Under the pieces are notes generated by a model. That model searched no databases. It saw nothing but the letters and a program-made list of their open reading frames with translations, and was not told the origin of the DNA. Shown piece after piece: positions 44,305 to 53,189 of a stretch of 64,000 nucleotides of DNA (its first letter is position 1; each line of letters begins with the position of its first letter). The translations under genes were made by a program, and so were the position numbers. The stretch spans positions 32,985 through 96,984 of the forward strand of contig DASSUI010000029.1 of NCBI GenBank assembly GCA_035707105.1, read 5' to 3'. This DNA is from Gaiellaceae bacterium. GTDB lineage: Bacteria > Actinomycetota > Thermoleophilia > Gaiellales > Gaiellaceae.

Positions 44305-44440
44305 GAGCCTCCTTCGTCAGTCGGTTTTCCGTCTGCGAAGGTCTCTCCCGCCGCTCTGTGCGGCCGGCGCCACCGGGCCGGCGAGGCCGAAGATGACGAT
44401 GACGCCCGTACGGGGATACTCCCCTTGTCGGCAGCGATGG
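44305..44440 (-). promoter_or_regulatory. probable yybP-ykoY (Mn2+) riboswitch with SD-sequestering helix
   Basis: The minus-strand RNA contains GGGGAGUA (44417..44424) and GGGAGAGACC (44340..44349). CCUUCG (44336..44341) can pair with CGAAGG inside the RBS GAAGGAGG (44308..44316). Located in the terC 5' leader. Confidence 0.6.
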
Positions 44441-44465
44441 TAGCAGGGCCGCTTCCGCCGGCGGT

Positions 44466-44924
44466 CTAGCGCTCGCCCTCCTCGCCGCCGCCGGGGCCGA
44501 ATGTCGCCTCGAGCCCGCGGATCAGCTCGTCCTTCTCCTGGCCGGAGAGCGACGCACCGGGGTGCGTCGGCTTGTACTGCCACGGGGGCATCGATCCCTC
44601 GTGAATGGTCTCGATCATCTCGTCGACCTCGGCCTCTCCCGTCGAGAGGTTGAGCTCGGCGCGGCCCTCCTCGACGTCGTGCTCGACAAGCCACGAGACG
44701 GGGGCCACGTTCGAGTACCAGGGCCACTTCGTCTCGTTGCTGTGGCAGTCCATGCACGCATCGGTCATCAGCTGCTCCGTCCGCGGGCTGTCCCAGGCGA
44801 TCGGCCGACCGCCGACCGGGTTCGAGTGGTCGCGGCCGTACGGCACGAGCTGGATGGCGCCGAACAGGACGAGCAGCCCGAGCGCGCTCCACATGAGGAT
44901 CCGTCGAAACCGAAACCGCCTCAT
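44466..44924 (-). CDS. heme-binding domain protein (single CxxCH)
   Basis: 152 aa. N-terminal TM/signal segment, CMDCH motif, and the WYSNVAPVSWLVEHDVEEGR pattern of the Haem_bd family. Confidence 0.7.
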   Translation of the reverse strand: MRRFRFRRILMWSALGLLVLFGAIQLVPYGRDHSNPVGGRPIAWDSPRTEQLMTDACMDCHSNETKWPWYSNVAPVSWLVEHDVEEGRAELNLSTGEAEVDEMIETIHEGSMPPWQYKPTHPGASLSGQEKDELIRGLEATFGPGGGEEGER

Positions 44925-44931
44925 CGCGGGC

Positions 44932-45561
44932 CTACAGCCACGAGCCGATCAGCACGAAGAACGGCGACGGCACGTCCATCCGCGGCTCGACGGTGACCGT
45001 TCCGCCGGGAGCCTCCGAACCGATCCTCCCCGCGAGCTCGTTCGCGTCCTCCTCCGTGAGCGCTCCGACCGTGAGGTATCGCCAGCGCCGCTCGACCGGC
45101 AGTCCCTGGTCGCGCAGCGTGCGCTCCAGCTGCTCGGCCTCTGCGCGGCCCGGCGCGCGGACGTGCACCTTCCAGTCGTAGTCTCCGCCCGCCTCGACCT
45201 CATTGCGTTCCCGCTCCTGGAGCCGCTGCTGTTCCGCCGCGCGCTCGGCCTCGGTACGCGGGAGCGGAATGGAGGCGTCCTTCCACTCCTCTTCGACGGG
45301 GTGCCAGCGCGTCGTCCGGATCTCGGCGGTCAGCCGATCGGCGTCGGCCAGCCGCCGCACCACCCGCGCCGCCTCGTCGGCCTCGTCCCTCGTGTTCGTG
45401 TAGAGGAAGAGCCTGGATCCGTCGCGCGTGACCACGACGTGGCGTCCGAGACGTTTCCGCGCCTCGTCGTCGAGATCGAGCGCCCGCAGCCGCTCGCCGA
45501 GCGAGAAGCCGTGAGCATCGTCGTCCAGCTCGACCTCGACGCGCCAGTCCTCGCCGGCCAC
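44932..45561 (-). CDS. hypothetical protein with internal duplication
   Basis: 209-aa ORF, 7 nt upstream of the heme-binding gene. Two similar alpha/beta segments and a short hydrophobic C-terminus. Confidence 0.55.
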   Translation of the reverse strand: MAGEDWRVEVELDDDAHGFSLGERLRALDLDDEARKRLGRHVVVTRDGSRLFLYTNTRDEADEAARVVRRLADADRLTAEIRTTRWHPVEEEWKDASIPLPRTEAERAAEQQRLQERERNEVEAGGDYDWKVHVRAPGRAEAEQLERTLRDQGLPVERRWRYLTVGALTEEDANELAGRIGSEAPGGTVTVEPRMDVPSPFFVLIGSWL

Positions 45562-45583
45562 GCGGCGATGATAGACGGGACGG

Positions 45584-46336
45584 TCATCCGGGCGTGTCGA
45601 CGCTCGTCTTCTCCCAGACCGAGACGTGCTTCTCGCTCTCGCTCGTGAACGGCTCCCGCTTCCAGCCGCTCCAGCGGTCCTTCAGCGTCATTCCTGCCAG
45701 CTGCGCCATGAGGTCGAGCTCGGCCGGCCACGCGTAGCGGAACGGAATCGAGACCTGCTCGAGGCGCCCGTCCACCAGCTCGAGGTGATGCGAGACGAGC
45801 CCCTGCCTCGCCACGTCGTACTCGTCGATGCCCCAGCTCGCCTCGCCGGCGTGGAAGACGTGGAACCTCTCCCCTGGCGGAAGCCGGCGGAGTCCGGGAA
45901 CGCCGACCTCCACGACGAAGCAGCCGCCCGGCTCGAGGTGCGAGGCGACGTTGCGGAAGCAGGCGACCTGCGCCTCCTGCGTCGTCAGGTTCATGATCGT
46001 GTTGAAGACGAGGTAGGCGAGCGTGAAGGCCCCCTCCGCCCGCGCCGAGGCGAAGTCGCCGACGGTGACCGGGATCTCCTCGCCGCCCGGCTTCGCGCGG
46101 AGCCTCGCGAGCATCGCCTTCGACAGCTCGATCCCGTGTACGGGGACGCCGCGGGCGGCGAGCGGAAGCGCGATGCGGCCGGTGCCGATCCCGAGCTCGA
46201 GCGCGCGGCCGCCGCCGGCGAGCTCGGCGAGGAGGTCGACCGCGGGGTCGACGACGGCCGGGTCGAACATGTCGGAAGAGGACTCGTCGTACCGCGCCGC
46301 CACCCGCTCGTCGAAATAGCCGTCCTCGGCGTCCAC
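45584..46336 (-). CDS. class I SAM-dependent methyltransferase
   Basis: 250 aa. Motif I ALELGIGTGRIALPLA. Confidence 0.85.
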   Translation of the reverse strand: MDAEDGYFDERVAARYDESSSDMFDPAVVDPAVDLLAELAGGGRALELGIGTGRIALPLAARGVPVHGIELSKAMLARLRAKPGGEEIPVTVGDFASARAEGAFTLAYLVFNTIMNLTTQEAQVACFRNVASHLEPGGCFVVEVGVPGLRRLPPGERFHVFHAGEASWGIDEYDVARQGLVSHHLELVDGRLEQVSIPFRYAWPAELDLMAQLAGMTLKDRWSGWKREPFTSESEKHVSVWEKTSVDTPG

Positions 46337-46471
46337 CCGCCGAACCTACCGAAGCTGGAGAGCAACTCCGCGATCAGCTTCGCCGCGCGCGGCGCCGCAT
46401 GTCGCTTTGCTCCCTTGGGTTGCTCGGAGCGGCCGTCATCGGCGAGCCGCCCTGATACGCCGCACGGTGCG

Positions 46472-47236
46472 TCAGGTACTCGCGGAGGTCGGCGGCGGCT
46501 TGAGCGCGCTCTGCGCGGTAACCCACAACACCCACCGACCCATGAGGGGCGTCGTGAGGAGCAGCATCACGTAGACCTCGGCGGCGGATCCGTCGCCGCG
46601 CATGACGTCGAGACCGCCGAAGGCGAGCGACAGCAGCTGGCTGACGAGCGCGACGACGCACCACGAGACGACGTTGGCGCCCATCCACCAGGCCCACCGG
46701 CTCGTATAGGGCCGGAGCGCGATCGCCTGGGACACGCCGAGGAGAGGGCCGAATGCGAGCGATTGGCTGACGGCGAGCAGGTACGCCGCCTGGACGTCCC
46801 CGCTGCTCGTGGCTGTCTCGACGACGGGAGGGACGACGACCAGGCCCCAGGCGAGGAGGCCCGGAACGATGCAGGTCATGATCCAGTGGCTGCGGGGGAT
46901 CGAGATGCGTTGCCGAATGACTCGCCACTGCAGCGCGCCGAGAACGAGCGCGTACCCGAACGCGCCGGCGACCGCGAGCGACAGGGTTCCTACGACGCGT
47001 CCCGCGGCCTGCTCGGTGACGTCGAGCGACGTGCCCGCCAAGAGGTAGACGGTCCCGAGGATGATCGTGAAGGCGAGTGCGTTGTACCGCACCCACTCGC
47101 GGAAGAGGCGTGCGTGCCAGCCGAGTGGCTCACTTGCGAACGCGGCCCTTGCCCTCGCCAGGCGGTTCATGGACAGGTCGAGGTTATTGGTGAGCCGCAG
47201 GCGAATCGGCGCAGCTCCCGAGCTCGATCGGCGCAA
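46472..47236 (-). CDS. hypothetical polytopic membrane protein
   Basis: 254-aa ORF with about 6 TM helices. The more likely start is ATG 47170 (MNRLARA). Confidence 0.55.
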   Translation of the reverse strand: MRRSSSGAAPIRLRLTNNLDLSMNRLARARAAFASEPLGWHARLFREWVRYNALAFTIILGTVYLLAGTSLDVTEQAAGRVVGTLSLAVAGAFGYALVLGALQWRVIRQRISIPRSHWIMTCIVPGLLAWGLVVVPPVVETATSSGDVQAAYLLAVSQSLAFGPLLGVSQAIALRPYTSRWAWWMGANVVSWCVVALVSQLLSLAFGGLDVMRGDGSAAEVYVMLLLTTPLMGRWVLWVTAQSALKPPPTSAST

Positions 47237-47332
47237 CGTACGGACCCCTCCAACGGTTCGGGATCAGCGCCCGGCGCCGTCGGGCGCCGGGCGGGCCGGC
47301 GCTCGTCGGCCACACGATTATCGTCTCGACCG

Positions 47333-48244
47333 ATGTCCGTCGACCTGCAGGCGGCGCGCGACTTCATGGCGACACACGCCCGCCTGCTCGACCGCCGTCG
47401 CTTCGAGCTGCTGAACGGCGACGCCGACCCCTCCGGCGCGCTGGCGGCGCTCGAGGCCTACCGAAATCGGGACGGCGGGTACGGCTGGGGGCTCGAGCCC
47501 GACCTGCGCTCTCCCGAGAGTCAGCCGGGAGCCGCCCACCACGCCTTCGAGGTGTTCGAGGAGATCGCGCCGGTCCCCGCGTCGCAGGCCGCCGCGCTCT
47601 GCGACTGGCTCGACACCGTCACGCTGCCCGACGGCGGGCTGCCGATGGCGCTGCCGACGGCCGTCACGGCCGGCTCGGCTGCGTGGTGGGCGGATGCCGA
47701 CCCGTCCGTGCCGTCGCTGCAGATCACGACGATCGCGGCGGCGACGGCACACCGCGTGGCCGTTCACGACCCGGACGTCGCCCGGCATCCATGGCTGGAG
47801 CGGGCCACGCGCTACTGCCTGGACGCGATCGCGGCGATGGACGAGGCGCCGTCGCCGTACGTCCTCGCGTTCTCGCTGCGCTTCCTGGACGTCGTCCACG
47901 ACAGCCGGCCGGAGGCGCCCGAGTTCCTCCGGAAGCTCGGGTCGCACGTCCCCGCCGATGGGCTGATCCCGGTGACGGGCGGCGCCGAGGGCGAGACGCT
48001 GCGCCCGCTCGACGTCGCGCCGTACCCGGACCGGCCGGTGCGGGAGCTCTTCCCGGACGACGCGGTCGCCGCCGACCTCGAGCGCCTGGCCGGCCTGCAG
48101 CAGGACGACGGTGGCTGGATCGTGGACTTCCGCAGCGCCTCGCCGCGAGGGGCTCTCGACTGGCGCGGCTACGCGACCGTCCGCGCGCTCGACGTCCTCC
48201 GTCGCAACGACGCTCTGAAGATCGAGTCGCGCGCGCATCCGTAG
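47333..48244 (+). CDS. prenyltransferase/terpene-cyclase-like (alpha-alpha toroid repeat) protein
   Basis: C-terminal part of ORF 45626..48244, starting at ATG 47333. Repeats of the type YRNRDGGYGWGLEP and QQDDGGWIVDF. Confidence 0.6.
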   Translation: MSVDLQAARDFMATHARLLDRRRFELLNGDADPSGALAALEAYRNRDGGYGWGLEPDLRSPESQPGAAHHAFEVFEEIAPVPASQAAALCDWLDTVTLPDGGLPMALPTAVTAGSAAWWADADPSVPSLQITTIAAATAHRVAVHDPDVARHPWLERATRYCLDAIAAMDEAPSPYVLAFSLRFLDVVHDSRPEAPEFLRKLGSHVPADGLIPVTGGAEGETLRPLDVAPYPDRPVRELFPDDAVAADLERLAGLQQDDGGWIVDFRSASPRGALDWRGYATVRALDVLRRNDALKIESRAHP

Positions 48245-48415
48245 TCGGCCGCACGCGAATCGGCACGGCTCCCGATGGCAGCGCGTCCCGGAGGTGCGAC
48301 GCTCTCGGTTGGGCGCGAAACGCCGCGCGTTCGTGCGCCCCTCGCCTTCCGCGAGCCGCGACCGTGCGGGCGACGTTTCCGCGGGCCGATTTGATCGAGC
48401 GGGAGGAGGATCACG

Positions 48416-50797
48416 ATGAAGCTTCTCGAGCGGCCCCCTACCGTCGCCAAACCGAAAACCACCGAACCGGACACGAGACGCGGGATTCCGCCTCCGCCCG
48501 CACGACGCTCCTGGACCATGCGCTGGGGGACCTGGGTCGCGCGGCGACGGTGGTGGCTGCTGTCCGTCTGGGCCGTCCTGCTGGTCGCGGCGGCGGCGTC
48601 CTATCCATTCCTGATGTCCGCGCTCGTCGCGTCCGACTACAGCGTCACGGGCTCCGACTCGGCCAGGGTCGCCGAGCTCATCGAGACGGATTTCTCCGCC
48701 GCCGGAGCCGAGCAGGACGTCATCGTCTTCGACTCCGACACGCTGACGATTCGCGACCCGGCATACGTCGCGGCCGTCGACCGGGTGCTGGCGAGCGTAC
48801 GGGGTGAGCCGGGAGTCGCCGCCGTGCTCGGTCCCACCGACCCCGGCGCACAGGGACAGATCTCGGAGGACGGCCATGCAGCGCTTGCCTCGCTGGGCCT
48901 GAACGGGAACGACCGCGAGCGCGGTGACCGGGCCGCCGACCTCCAAGATCGGATCGCAACGGCCGCGGGCACGGGTCCCGTCGAGGCGTACCTGACGGGG
49001 TACTCGCCGTCGGCGAACGACCTGACCGAGGTGGAGAACCAGGACGTCGAGCGGGCCGAGTCGATCGGCATCCCCGTCGCGTTCGTGGTCCTGCTCGTCG
49101 CGCTCGGAACCGTCGTCTCGGCGTTCATCCCGCTGTTCATGGCGGTCGCCGGGCTGATGGCCACCCTCGGTGTCCTGGCGGCGTTCGCCGTTGTGCGGGA
49201 GTTCGACGCGTTCCTGCTCTCGATCATCACGATGATCGGCGTCGGCATCGGGATCGACTACTCGCTCTTCGTCCTGAGCCGGTTCCGGGAAGAACTCGTC
49301 CGCGCGCGGCAGGAAGGGAAGCCCGCAGTCCCGACCGCCGTGGGCGTCGCGATGTCGACGAGCGGACGGACGATCGCGTTCTCGGGGACGATCGTGATGA
49401 TCTCGCTGCTCTCGCTGTTCGTGGTGGACTCGCCGATGTTCCGCCAGATCGCGCTGGGCGCCGTCCTCGTCGTGGCCTGCACGATGGTCGCGGCCTGGAC
49501 GCTCCTGCCCGCGCTGCTCGCTGCGCTCGGCGACCGCGTCAACCGGTGGGGGCTGCCGAAGCGCTGGCGGCCGGCGGAGACCTACGAGGGCGGGGCCGAG
49601 AATTCCGGCTGGGCCAGGTGGGCTCGAACCGTGCTCGCCCATCCGTGGCTGGCCGTGCCGGCCGCGGCGCTCCTCCTCCTCTTCGCCCTGCCGACCTTCA
49701 ACCTCAAGCTCGGCATCGATCTGGGCCTTTCGGCCCTGGAGGAAACGCCTTCCGGGAAGGCTCAGCTGATCCTCAACGAGTCGTTCAGCGCCGGTGCCAT
49801 GTCCCCGATCCAGATCCTGGCGTCCCACCAGGGCTCCGGGTCGCTGAACGCGAACGATCTGAAGACGATCGACGAGTTCACGACCACCGTGGCCAAGGAT
49901 CCGAGGGTCGCAGGCGCGTACTCCGTGGCGACCCTGCTGAGGGAGACCACGGGCGAGGTTTCGCCGCAGGCGCTCGCGCTGGTGCAGCAAGACCCGGCCG
50001 CGAAGACGCTCCTCGACCAGACGGTCAACACGGCCGACGGCTCGAACCGGACCATCATCACCGCCGTTCCCGTGGCTGCGATCGATTCGACGGAGACATC
50101 CGACCTGGTCCGCGACCTCCGCGACGAGACGATCCCGTCGCACACTGCGTCCGGCGGGCCGGAGATGCTGGTGGGCGGGGCGACCGCGCAGTACAACGAC
50201 CTGTCCGACGAGACCCTCAGCAAGCTCCCGGTCGTGATGGCGATCGTGCTGACGCTGTCGTTCCTCTACCTGACGCTGATCTTCCGCGCGCTGCTGATTC
50301 CGCTCAAGGCCGTGCTGATGAACCTGGTCGCGACCGGCGCCGCATTCGGACTGACGGCCTGGGTGTTCCAGGAGGGACACGGCGAGGACGTGTTCGGCTT
50401 CACGAGCCCGGGCTTCGTGCAGGTCTACCTGCCGATCATGGTGTTCGCGCTGCTCTTCGGCCTCTCGATGGACTACGAGGTGTTCCTGATCGGCCGCATG
50501 CGTGAGCAGTGGCTGAAGACCCACGACAACGAGGAGGCGGTGGCGACCGGGCTTGCGCACACGGCACGGCCGATCGCCGCGGCGGCCCTGATCATGACGG
50601 CCGTCTTCGGCTGCTTCCTCGTCGCCGACGTGCTGGAGCTCAAGGAGTTCGGCTTCGCACTCGCGGTCGCGGTGATCCTGGACGCGACGCTCGTCCGGCT
50701 GTTGCTCGTCCCTGCCTTCATGAAGGTGGCAGGGGACGCGAACTGGTGGCTGCCGCGATTCCTCGACCGGATCCTGCCGAGGATTAGCGTCGACTGA
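48416..50797 (+). CDS. MMPL family (RND superfamily) transporter
   Basis: 793 aa with two 6-TM halves. Each half carries the conserved Asp-Tyr motif (GIGIDYSLFVLSRFREE and GLSMDYEVFLIGRMRE). Confidence 0.9.
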   Translation: MKLLERPPTVAKPKTTEPDTRRGIPPPPARRSWTMRWGTWVARRRWWLLSVWAVLLVAAAASYPFLMSALVASDYSVTGSDSARVAELIETDFSAAGAEQDVIVFDSDTLTIRDPAYVAAVDRVLASVRGEPGVAAVLGPTDPGAQGQISEDGHAALASLGLNGNDRERGDRAADLQDRIATAAGTGPVEAYLTGYSPSANDLTEVENQDVERAESIGIPVAFVVLLVALGTVVSAFIPLFMAVAGLMATLGVLAAFAVVREFDAFLLSIITMIGVGIGIDYSLFVLSRFREELVRARQEGKPAVPTAVGVAMSTSGRTIAFSGTIVMISLLSLFVVDSPMFRQIALGAVLVVACTMVAAWTLLPALLAALGDRVNRWGLPKRWRPAETYEGGAENSGWARWARTVLAHPWLAVPAAALLLLFALPTFNLKLGIDLGLSALEETPSGKAQLILNESFSAGAMSPIQILASHQGSGSLNANDLKTIDEFTTTVAKDPRVAGAYSVATLLRETTGEVSPQALALVQQDPAAKTLLDQTVNTADGSNRTIITAVPVAAIDSTETSDLVRDLRDETIPSHTASGGPEMLVGGATAQYNDLSDETLSKLPVVMAIVLTLSFLYLTLIFRALLIPLKAVLMNLVATGAAFGLTAWVFQEGHGEDVFGFTSPGFVQVYLPIMVFALLFGLSMDYEVFLIGRMREQWLKTHDNEEAVATGLAHTARPIAAAALIMTAVFGCFLVADVLELKEFGFALAVAVILDATLVRLLLVPAFMKVAGDANWWLPRFLDRILPRISVD

Positions 50798-50799
50798 GG

Positions 50800-51786
50800 T
50801 CATGCGCCGGGCGCTCGCCCGCGTTCACGCGTCGGCGAGCGCCCGGAGCGCCTCGGGTTGCCGGCGCAGATGAGCGTCGTCACGCCGGCCGCCCTGAACG
50901 CCTCGACACGGTCCGCGATCCGCTCCTTCGGCCCGACGAGGGCCGCCTCGTCGACGAACGCGTCGGGGACGAGCGCGGCGGCGTCGCGCGGCCGGCCCTC
51001 GAGGTAGAGCGACTGGATCTCATCCGCCTCCCGCTCGTAGCCGTAACGGCGGAAGAGGTCGTTGTAGAAGTTCGAGCCGCGCGAGCCCATTCCGCCGATG
51101 TAGAGCGCAAAGTACGGCTTGAGGGCGTCGCGCCCGGCCTGGACGTCGTCGACCAGCGCAACCTGGACGCACGCGGCGATGTCGAACCGCTCGCGGGCGA
51201 ACGGCGCCGGGAAGATCGAGGGCGCCTTCTCGGGGATGAAGAAGAGCGGGATCCAGCCGTCGGCGATCTCGGCGGCGAGCTCGGCGCTCCGGGGCGAGAT
51301 CGAGGCGAGGTAGATCGGGATCTCGGCTCGGAACGGCCGCGCCATCAGCTTCAGCGGCTTCGGGTGACCCAGCCGGTAATGCTCACCCTCGAAGGCGAGC
51401 GGCTCGCGCCTCAGCACGGCTCGCACGATCTCCACGTACTCGCGTGTCCTCGAAAGCGGCTTCCTCCAGGTGTCGCCGTGCCAGCCCTCCGCGACCTGAG
51501 GTCCCGACGTCCCGAGGCCGAGCAGGAAGCGCCCGCCGGACATGAGGTCGAGCGTCATCGCCGTCATCGCCGGTGAGCGCGCAGGGATCTGTATGACTGC
51601 CGAGCCGACCTTGATCCGTTCCGTCGTCGCCGCCAGCCAGGCGAGGACGGTGACGCAGTCGGTTCCCCACGCCTCCGCGGCCCACGCGGAGTCGAAGGCG
51701 AGCCGCTCGGCTTCCCGCGCGAGCTCGACGAGCTCCCTCGGATTCGTCCCCGGCGTTGCGTAGCCCATGTAGAAGCCGAGGCGCAT
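50800..51786 (-). CDS. LLM-class (luciferase-like) F420-dependent oxidoreductase
   Basis: 328 aa. FDSAWAAEAWGTD...SGGRFLLGLGTSGPQVAEGWHG. Confidence 0.85.
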   Translation of the reverse strand: MRLGFYMGYATPGTNPRELVELAREAERLAFDSAWAAEAWGTDCVTVLAWLAATTERIKVGSAVIQIPARSPAMTAMTLDLMSGGRFLLGLGTSGPQVAEGWHGDTWRKPLSRTREYVEIVRAVLRREPLAFEGEHYRLGHPKPLKLMARPFRAEIPIYLASISPRSAELAAEIADGWIPLFFIPEKAPSIFPAPFARERFDIAACVQVALVDDVQAGRDALKPYFALYIGGMGSRGSNFYNDLFRRYGYEREADEIQSLYLEGRPRDAAALVPDAFVDEAALVGPKERIADRVEAFRAAGVTTLICAGNPRRSGRSPTRERGRAPGA

Positions 51787-51798
51787 CGAACTGCCCGG

Positions 51799-52233
51799 TC
51801 AACCGCCCGACCGGCGCGCCGTCAGCGCGGCTCGCAGGCGAGCCGTCTCGTTGTGGGCAATCGCGGTGATGCGCAGGCCGTCGCCGAGATCGGCGAGCGT
51901 GTATGCGGCGTCGAAGTCGTAGATTCGCGCGCCGGCCCGGTCCGTCAGCGCCCAGCGGACGACGACCTGGGCCAGCCGCGGCGTCAGCTCGGTCGTGCGC
52001 CGCTCGAGGATCTCGGCCGCCGCGACGCCGATCGTCCGGTAGGCGGCGACGAGCCGCTCGAGCTCCGGCAACCACGCCTCTCGCCTGGGCACGATCGTCA
52101 CGCCGGCCTCGTCCGCGCCGCTCGTGATCTGCCAGGGGTACGCGAACATGTCTGCGACTGCCTCGACGTCGAACGCGGCGAACGCGCGTCCGTAGGCATC
52201 GAGGAAATCGTCCGTGGCCGGCCCGCGATCCAC
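51799..52233 (-). CDS. NTF2/SnoaL-like hypothetical protein
   Basis: 144-aa ORF, 12 nt upstream of the LLM gene. The fold call is based on composition only. Confidence 0.45.
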   Translation of the reverse strand: MDRGPATDDFLDAYGRAFAAFDVEAVADMFAYPWQITSGADEAGVTIVPRREAWLPELERLVAAYRTIGVAAAEILERRTTELTPRLAQVVVRWALTDRAGARIYDFDAAYTLADLGDGLRITAIAHNETARLRAALTARRSGG

Positions 52234-52245
52234 GCCGCCGGCGGC

Positions 52246-52779
52246 CTACGCCGTCATCTCCGCCAGCGCGACGACAGTCCGCCAGTTGCGCACGGTGACG
52301 ACCGTCGGCAGACGCTGCTTCGTCAGCGCCTGCATCAGCTTCGAGCGGCCTTGGCCGTTGGGGAGGCTGATGAAGAGCTCCCTTCGTCGCTGCGTCAGCT
52401 CGTCCGGCGCGTAGTCGCCGAGATCGCCGAGCCCGAACCGCGAGAGCGCGACAGCCTCTCCCAGGAACGCCACGACGACACGGGTGGGATCGTCGACCGG
52501 ATACGGATTGGCGGAGACGACCCCGGCGAGCTCGCGACCCGTGCGAACGAGCACCGGGACCTCGAGTCCCGTCTGCCCTGCAATCGCGGCCTCGAGCGCC
52601 GGGGCGAGGTTGCGCCGGCCGCCCTTCGCAGGCGTGAAGACGACATTGCCGCTCTGGAGGTACGTCTCGACCTCGCGGTGGCCGAGCGACTCCACGATCT
52701 CGCGGAGCATGGGCATCGAGATCCGTTTGCCCGACCCGATGTTGACCCCGCGGAGGAAAGCGGCGACGCGCACGGGCAT
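52246..52779 (-). CDS. DUF1697 domain protein
   Basis: 177 aa. The MPVRVAAFLRGVNIGSGKRISMPMLRE N-terminus is typical of DUF1697. Confidence 0.75.
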   Translation of the reverse strand: MPVRVAAFLRGVNIGSGKRISMPMLREIVESLGHREVETYLQSGNVVFTPAKGGRRNLAPALEAAIAGQTGLEVPVLVRTGRELAGVVSANPYPVDDPTRVVVAFLGEAVALSRFGLGDLGDYAPDELTQRRRELFISLPNGQGRSKLMQALTKQRLPTVVTVRNWRTVVALAEMTA

Positions 52780-52813
52780 AGTCTGGCGTTTCGCGTGCCG
52801 TACGATCGGCGCC

Positions 52814-53149
52814 GTGGCTTACGACGAGGAGCTCGCCGGTCGGATACGAGAGCTGGTAGGCGACGAGCCCGGCCTGGAGGAGAAGCAGATGTTCGGCGGG
52901 CTCGCCTTCCTGATCGGCGGCAACATGGCCGTGGCGGCGAGCGGCCAGGGCGGCATCCTCGTCCGCGTCGACCCGGCGGAGTCGGACACGCTCGTCTCGA
53001 CGACGAACGCCACCCTCATGGAGATGCGCGGCCGGCAGATGCAGGGGTGGCTTCGTGTCGACTCCGATGACCTCCGCAGCAAGCGCGAGCTCGCCAAGTG
53101 GGTCCGCCTCGGCACGGCGTACGCCCGCTCCCTGCCCGCGAAGCGCTAG
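52814..53149 (+). CDS. TfoX N-terminal domain protein
   Basis: C-terminal part of ORF 52484..53149, starting at GTG 52814. EKQMFGGLAFLIGGNMAV pattern. Confidence 0.7.
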   Translation: MAYDEELAGRIRELVGDEPGLEEKQMFGGLAFLIGGNMAVAASGQGGILVRVDPAESDTLVSTTNATLMEMRGRQMQGWLRVDSDDLRSKRELAKWVRLGTAYARSLPAKR

Positions 53150-53189
53150 CCGAGGTCGCGCCGCTCGGCGTCTCCGCGACAATCGCCCC

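Noticed and set aside
47238-47245. A third occurrence of GTACGGAC, the core of the 9098/9161 repeats, in the 47171..47332 intergenic region.
   Set aside because: Only the 8-mer core matches. By a rough composition estimate, an 8-mer of this base content is expected a couple of times by chance on two strands of 64 kb.
47318-50803. Further very long shadow ORFs: 47318..50803 (-), 35580..38546 (-), the 5' parts of 26387..29344 (-) and 23077..25839 (-), 45626..47332 (+), 54748..56616 upstream part (-), and many 100-600 aa alternate-frame ORFs in the track.
   Set aside because: The reasoning is the same as above. They overlap well-supported genes on the other strand or frame and have Arg/Pro/Gly-dominated composition. 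Only their terminal segments, where no other gene exists, were kept as real CDSs.
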